Source: a virus (taxonomy: Duplodnaviria; Heunggongvirae; Uroviricota; Caudoviricetes). Taken from it: 41,543 nt of DNA. A program made the position numbers and the translations under genes. The notes under the pieces were generated by a model that searched no databases, was not told the DNA's origin, and saw only the letters and a program-made list of their open reading frames with translations. Location: IMG/VR virus record IMGVR_UViG_2917413769_000002, positions 1-41,543 of that record; one strand, given 5' to 3'. Numbering within the stretch: the stretch's first letter is position 1; each line of letters opens with the position of its first letter. Positions 35,668-41,543 of this stretch are shown here, in pieces.

Positions 35668-36820
35668 CGTGCCAGAGGATTTTATCAGCATACAGCTCGT
35701 AAGCTGCTTTCTGCTCAGGTAACCAGTCGTGTTTATTATACACGGCCATCACCCCGCCAAGCTCGTGCCCCAGCATCTTTTCGGTGACATGGGGCATCAC
35801 CCCTTCTGCAGATAAATTCGTTACCAACGAACGGCGGAAATCATGCGTTCGCCACTCCGGGATATCGATTTTACCTCTCAATTTTTTCATATAGAGATTT
35901 GACGACGAACGGTCTATAGCGCGGTCAAGCGTCTGTCCGGGAAACAGCACAGAGTTCCCACTATTCAGCAGCCGCTCAACATAGGGTTTAACCTGGTCAA
36001 AGATAGGCCGTCGGATGACATTTCCCATCTTGGAATGCTCAGATGGAGTCGTCCAGATCAGATCATCCATATTGAACTCATCCGGCGTTGAAAGCCGCAG
36101 CTCAGATAAGCGTGGTCCCCAGAGCAATAGCAGCTGGTGCAGCACTTTATTGGAGGAGACGATCTTGTTATTTTCCAGTGCCAGCCAAACCTTCGCCAGT
36201 TCGGTGTATGTTAACACCCGCTCACCGACGTCAGGCTTCTTGCCTATGGTTTTCACACTTAACTTCATCAGCTCGCATGACGGAACCAACTGCCGGCTGA
36301 TGCACCAGTTAATTACCGAGCGTAGCTGTAACAGCAGAACGCGCGCTTTCTTTTTGTTCAGGCTTTCCTGTTTATCGAAAAAACGCACCCATGCAGAAAC
36401 CGGTACATTCGCCACTGGCGCATCTTCAAATTGTGTGTACATCGTGTTGTACACGACCGATTTATAAAGCGTCTGGGTGTTGGGCTTCAGACCGGATGCA
36501 TACTTATCCCACCACTGATCAAGGCATTCTTTGAGTGTCAGCTCGCCATCTTCACGGGCAAAATAATTTTTGGGGTTCACACCCTTCGTGTACAATGCGC
36601 GCATCTCACCGACGATAACCCTAGCGTCCTTGAGGGATGTCGAAGGATAGCGGCCAACCGTCAGGCGCACTGGTTTACCGTTCCATCGATAACGATACTG
36701 AAAAGTGATTGTGCCAGTTGGCGTGATCCGGGCACTGAGACCATCACCATCGGTGATTTCTGGTGCCGCAGAATACGGTTTACCGTTGATGCTCCGTAGT
36801 TTAGTGTCGCTGAGTGCCAA
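35651..36820 (-). CDS. int: P4-type tyrosine integrase
   Basis: C-terminal catalytic region ...WRTHDFRRS...GHELGGVMAVYNKH...; N-terminal ALSDTKLRSI...KPY... block typical of P4-family integrases; likely TTG start at 36820 (ORF track extends to 36931). Confidence 0.8.
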   Translation of the reverse strand: MALSDTKLRSINGKPYSAAPEITDGDGLSARITPTGTITFQYRYRWNGKPVRLTVGRYPSTSLKDARVIVGEMRALYTKGVNPKNYFAREDGELTLKECLDQWWDKYASGLKPNTQTLYKSVVYNTMYTQFEDAPVANVPVSAWVRFFDKQESLNKKKARVLLLQLRSVINWCISRQLVPSCELMKLSVKTIGKKPDVGERVLTYTELAKVWLALENNKIVSSNKVLHQLLLLWGPRLSELRLSTPDEFNMDDLIWTTPSEHSKMGNVIRRPIFDQVKPYVERLLNSGNSVLFPGQTLDRAIDRSSSNLYMKKLRGKIDIPEWRTHDFRRSLVTNLSAEGVMPHVTEKMLGHELGGVMAVYNKHDWLPEQKAAYELYADKILWHVKQLG

Positions 36821-37015
36821 TGCGCTATATCCTGTACACAAGGGTTTCAGGCATTCTGTACTCAATCTGTACTCAATGGCAAGTGAACGAACGCAAATAT
36901 CAGCATAAACAAGCTGGTAAATGATGAACAAAGACGCACTTACATCTTGATGTCAAAGCAGTAAAGGCGGTAGAATCAGCATCACGGTGAACAACCAAAA
37001 ACATCGCCGATCAAT

Positions 37016-37090
37016 GTCCCCTTAGTTAAATGGATATAACGAGCCCCTCCTAAGGGCTAATTGCAGGTTCGATTCCTGCAGGGGACACCA
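37016..37090 (+). tRNA. argW: tRNA-Arg (anticodon CCU), argW-like
   Basis: 75 nt: 7-bp acceptor stem GTCCCCT/AGGGGAC, T-arm GCAGG-TTCGATT-CCTGC, anticodon loop CTCCTAA, 3' CCA encoded. Confidence 0.9.
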
Positions 37091-37250
37091 TTTATCAGTT
37101 CGCTCCCATCCGTACCAGTCCGCAAAATCCCCTGAATATCAAGCCTTCCGTATATTCACGGTTCGTCATGGTTCGCGTCAGATCGTTGACAGCCGCACAC
37201 CATGACGGGTAAAAAGTGGATAAAATAATTTACCCACCGGATTTTTACCC

Positions 37251-37802
37251 ATGCTCACCGTTAAGCAGATTGAAGCAGCAAAGCCGAAAGAAAAACCATA
37301 CCGCCTTCTCGATGGTAATGGCCTGTACCTTTATGTTCCTGTATCCGGGAAAAAGGTATGGCAGCTTCGCTACAAGATTGACGGTAAGGAGAAAATCCTG
37401 ACCGTCGGAAAATATCCGCTTATGACTTTGCAAGAGGCAAGGGATAAGGCATGGACCGCGAGGAAAGATATCTCGGTTGGCATAGATCCGGTAAAGGCGA
37501 AAAAGGCTTCGTATAACAACAATTCCTTTAGTGCGATTTACAAGGAATGGTACGAGCATAAGAGGCAAGTATGGTCAGTCGGCTATGCGACTGAACTTGC
37601 CAAAATGTTTGACGACGACATTTTACCTATCATCGGCGGTCTTGAAATTCAGGATATTGAGCCGATGCAACTTCTTGAAGTAATCCGCAGATTTGAAGAT
37701 CGCGGTGCAATGGAGCGAGCCAACCTTACTATATCTCGAATAGCACAAAGCCTTGCAATCCAGTGCAAAGCTTTGTGTGTCTCAGTTTTGTCTTACGCTT
37801 AA
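37251..37802 (+). pseudogene. truncated P4-type (IntS-like) integrase, N-terminal ~180 aa only
   Basis: starts 161 nt downstream of the tRNA 3' end in the same orientation; N-terminal KPYRLLDGNGLYLYV...GKK.W block; ends where AT-rich DNA begins. Confidence 0.7.
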
Positions 37803-37822
37803 ACGTATCTTTTTATTTAGAA

Positions 37823-38849
37823 TTATTTGATGCATTTAATTTTAGATTTTCTTTTCAAAATTAAGCCGCATGGAATCTCAATATATTTATAGCTTAAGTA
37901 TGAAGACAGAAGAATAAGTACTATAATTGGTACAACCATCAATAATTTATCTAACATATAGATATCACATAGCTTATTTATTATACATATAATGATCACA
38001 TGCGAAAGATATGTCGAGTATGACCAATCTCCAAGTTTAGATGCAATTCTTGATATAGTGCTATTGCCAATATTGTTTTCAAGACATAAAGCGGAAACAA
38101 TTAAAGCAGCGCAAGGGATTCCAATTTGGAGAAGTCTTTTTGATTCATTGCTAAAAAATATACTTATCAGTGATAATACGGATATTGTTAGTGCAGTTTT
38201 AACACCGATATTTCTGAATAGCCCATTATTATAACATATAGCTATTACCCCCCCCCATAACAAACTCAAACAACAGTTCATCATTATAGAAAAGAAATAC
38301 AGTAGACTCATTATTGCCAAGCCATGAAAACAAATTCATTACAACAAGAGGAATTAGAATACAGCAAATTTTTTTGTTGTTTTCAGGGAATAACAGAGAA
38401 ATAAATACGCACGTATAAAATAGCATTTCAAAATTAAGAGTCCACCCAACCGTTAGGGTTGGAATATACCAACCTATCTGTTGATTCATTACCGGAATAA
38501 AAGCAAGGCTTTTTAATACATTATTTAATCCAATCTCAGCAAACGGAATAACTCCGTGAAAATTGTATGATATTACCACTACCAGCAATGTGTAGAACCA
38601 ATATGCAGGAATAATTCTTACCATCCTATTGAGAGCAAATGACGTAGGTGTAATATTATTTTTCGATATTGACTTATAAATAATAAAGCCACTTATGATA
38701 AAAAACATATCGACACCATTGCCAGCCTTAAGTGCAATAGTGTGCATCAATTTGGATGATGCAGACCATTGAAACATGACTTGAGAAATATGATGATAAA
38801 CAACTGCCCAAGCAGCAAGTGCTCTTAAGATTTGTATTGACTTAATCAC
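37823..38849 (-). pseudogene. acyltransferase-3 family membrane protein (O-antigen acetylase-like), split by a frameshift at a G9 tract
   Basis: ORFs 38229-38849 and 37823-38320 overlap at a C9 run (38247-38255, plus strand); G8 would fuse them into a ~350-aa acyltransferase_3-like protein; strongly AT-rich region. Confidence 0.65.
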
Positions 38850-39478
38850 GGATAAATCCTAATGTTTTTTCATGCATTTTATACTATACCGATCGAAAGT
38901 CCAGTTCTCTTTTCCCATATCATACTATTCGCAATATACGGTGTAAAAATATGATAAACATCAACTTCCTTATTAATGTGTTAATAAACCATTTTTGTTA
39001 AATGCTTTCTATGCCCAATAAGAATCAATACTATAAGTTATAGAACCTTTTATTGTGGCATCAACATTGACATCGCTTTTATGTACAGGATCACAATCAG
39101 GGTTGTTAAATTTGTAAAAATCAATGTAATCATTTCCGCGATCGATGGCTCGCCGTAAACACTTGCCACCCAGTTGTCAAACCAAAAGTTATGGAAATAA
39201 CGCCAGATACTTGGTTTGCGGCTTTGTGCGGTTGGTTTCTCATTCTCATTTAACCTGATTGTTCTGCGAATACGTTCAGTCTTATAATAAACTCTATAGT
39301 AACCAAACTTCCATTTTGATGATATTTAACATCCCTAGCTAAAAGTCCAATACCATTTGTCGAATCACCAAATGTTATCGTAATCTCACCATCAATAGAG
39401 CGTCGTTCTCTTAATGACTCTAGTTGCAAGGCATTCTGAACAGATGTAATTCATGCTGCATAGATATTAGCCGAAGTG

Positions 39479-39733
39479 TTATATACAATAGTTGACCCTG
39501 CCAATAGTTAACCCTGCAGCGTCATCTGTACAGCCAATTAGCGGCATTCCCGTGCCAAATTTACCGCCATTTATGACAATATGATTACCTGGGCCATGTA
39601 TGTAGAAGTTCCATGAATATGATTTCCCCCACGAAAGCATTGGATTATTAAAAGTTACGTAATTATTATCTTTAACAGAAACAATCTGATCCCCCCCATC
39701 TTTTGGTATGCATATATACCCAATAAACATCAA
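39479..39733 (-). CDS. hypothetical protein, possibly a gene remnant
   Basis: 84-aa ORF in AT-rich DNA between the acyltransferase gene and the IS630-family remnant. Confidence 0.25.
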   Translation of the reverse strand: MMFIGYICIPKDGGDQIVSVKDNNYVTFNNPMLSWGKSYSWNFYIHGPGNHIVINGGKFGTGMPLIGCTDDAAGLTIGRVNYCI

Positions 39734-39763
39734 GATGTGGGTGTGAACACCCGAAAGTGATCA

Positions 39764-40700
39764 TTAATTCTGGATGTCAGCCGCTATATCCGGCAGCGTC
39801 TGGTTAAAAAAGACAGATATTGCGTCCCTGAACACTCGCGTACTGCTGAAGTAGCGATTATTCCGCGCATGTTCGTTCATTAATTTCCACATTCTTTCTA
39901 TCGGATTCAGGTTTGGACTGTAAGGGGGAAGGTAATGCAGCCTGATATTTACCACTTCCGCCCAGTCTTTCACTAACTGTGAACGGTGATAACCTGCTCC
40001 ATCCAGAATAACGTGGATTTTCTGGTTATAATCAGGATAAACCTTTCGTATATCATTGAAAAAACGGTATACATTATATTCATTAATGGTTTTATATTCG
40101 CAGATTAGCGGTGACGTCAGTGCTTTCAGATTTAGCGCCCCATGATATTCAGGCGTGTGCGGCTGCCTGTTGTTTTTACTGCTTTTTTCTGGCCTTTGCG
40201 TATCCAGCCATAGCTGATTTTAGTGGCCTGAGTCGGATGGACTCCATCAATAAAAAGAATCGGTTCATCACCCACAGTTGTTTTCAGTTCCACATAATAT
40301 TCAATGAATTGCCTTTGTTTCTCTTCACAGAATTTATGGGGAACGCCTGACGGTTTTTGTAGGTGAAACCATTACAATGCAGCCACTTATTCATCCCCAG
40401 AATGCTGAAAATGATGTTCCATGTCCGGGTGACAAACGCAATAACATCGCGGGTACGGTGAAATAAATTATCGGATAACTGACTGATAAAAAGGGCCATT
40501 TGTTCAGCTCTGAGTTTGCGGCCTGAGCCGCCGTTTTCGGCCTTCAGTTTCCCTTTATTCAGGAATTCACTGATATGGTGATCAATCGTTGTCTAATGTA
40601 GGCGTAAAGCCTGAGCAATCATGGCAGAACTCCAGCCTTCGGAGGCCAGAAGAATAGCTTAAATACGAGCTCTGACTCGCCCGTCACGGCTGGAATCATG
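39764..40700 (-). mobile_element. IS630-family transposase gene, frameshifted
   Basis: C-terminal ORF has the DDE region ...HVILDGAGYH... and the family signature YLPPYSPNLNPIE; upstream parts in other frames (…YGWIRKG…NIMG / ALNL…); two frame breaks at short homopolymers (~40138-40141 and ~40354-40358); element ends not defined. Confidence 0.65.
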
Positions 40701-41054
40701 AAGGCGTTCAAGTTCAGCTTTTTGTTGCTCAGTGATGAATATTTTCATGTTGGACAGCATGATCTCCGATTGCTGAAAAATCAATCAGTTCCAATGATCA
40801 CGGGTATAAAATCGTTAATTGTATTATCGTTACCTGACTGCAAATGCATTCCTACCCCCATTCCAATATCAGTTGCAGATGGTAACTCATAGGCACAACT
40901 GGTCATGGTGAGGTCATTACAGTTATTGATATAGTAGGCCGTTCTGACAGTACCATCACTTGTACAACAAACCATGTTCGAATACTGACCGTTCTCTATC
41001 CGGAAAGCTCCTGGCAAGACTTAAGCATCGTTTACCCGTCCAGAGTTGAAGTGG

Positions 41055-41543
<489 letters not shown>

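Noticed and set aside
40781-41017. 78-aa minus-strand ORF between the two IS remnants
   Set aside because: No motif, start context or partner support; could be a fragment of a gene disrupted by IS insertion, but too uncertain to call.

Overview
This 41.5-kb window is mostly one temperate prophage of lambdoid regulatory type (CI / Cro / Q antiterminator, P21-like pinholin + SAR-endolysin + Rz/Rz1 lysis cassette) with a Mu/SfV-like contractile tail. It is encoded almost entirely on the minus strand, from the tail fibre and Tfa genes (~0.4-1.6 kb) through baseplate, tape measure, tube/sheath, head, portal and terminase genes (to ~21.4 kb), lysis genes, Q, primase/helicase replication genes and Cro (to ~31.2 kb). 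The plus-strand CI repressor, an early-left operon, an excisionase and a P4-type integrase (to ~36.8 kb) follow, abutting tRNA-Arg(CCU) at 37016-37090. Right of the tRNA lies a degraded island: a truncated IntS-like integrase, an AT-rich split acyltransferase-3 gene, and IS630-family and IS3-family transposase remnants. The most interesting content is in accessory (moron) slots: (1) a cluster of two glycosyltransferase-like genes plus a SAM methyltransferase between Q and the holin; (2) a second tyrosine recombinase with a small protein, a 4-TM membrane protein and clustered TGCGGA repeats between Rz/Rz1 and terS; (3) two exported proteins with their own terminator inside the baseplate cluster; (4) an SPFH lipoprotein in the early-left operon. 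I also see a textbook -1 frameshift site in the tail assembly chaperone, and homopolymer-associated frameshifts in terS, Q, cI, the acyltransferase and the IS630 transposase, which are either assembly indel errors or real decay. All functional calls rest on my reading of the translated ORFs and remembered family signatures; no database search was run.
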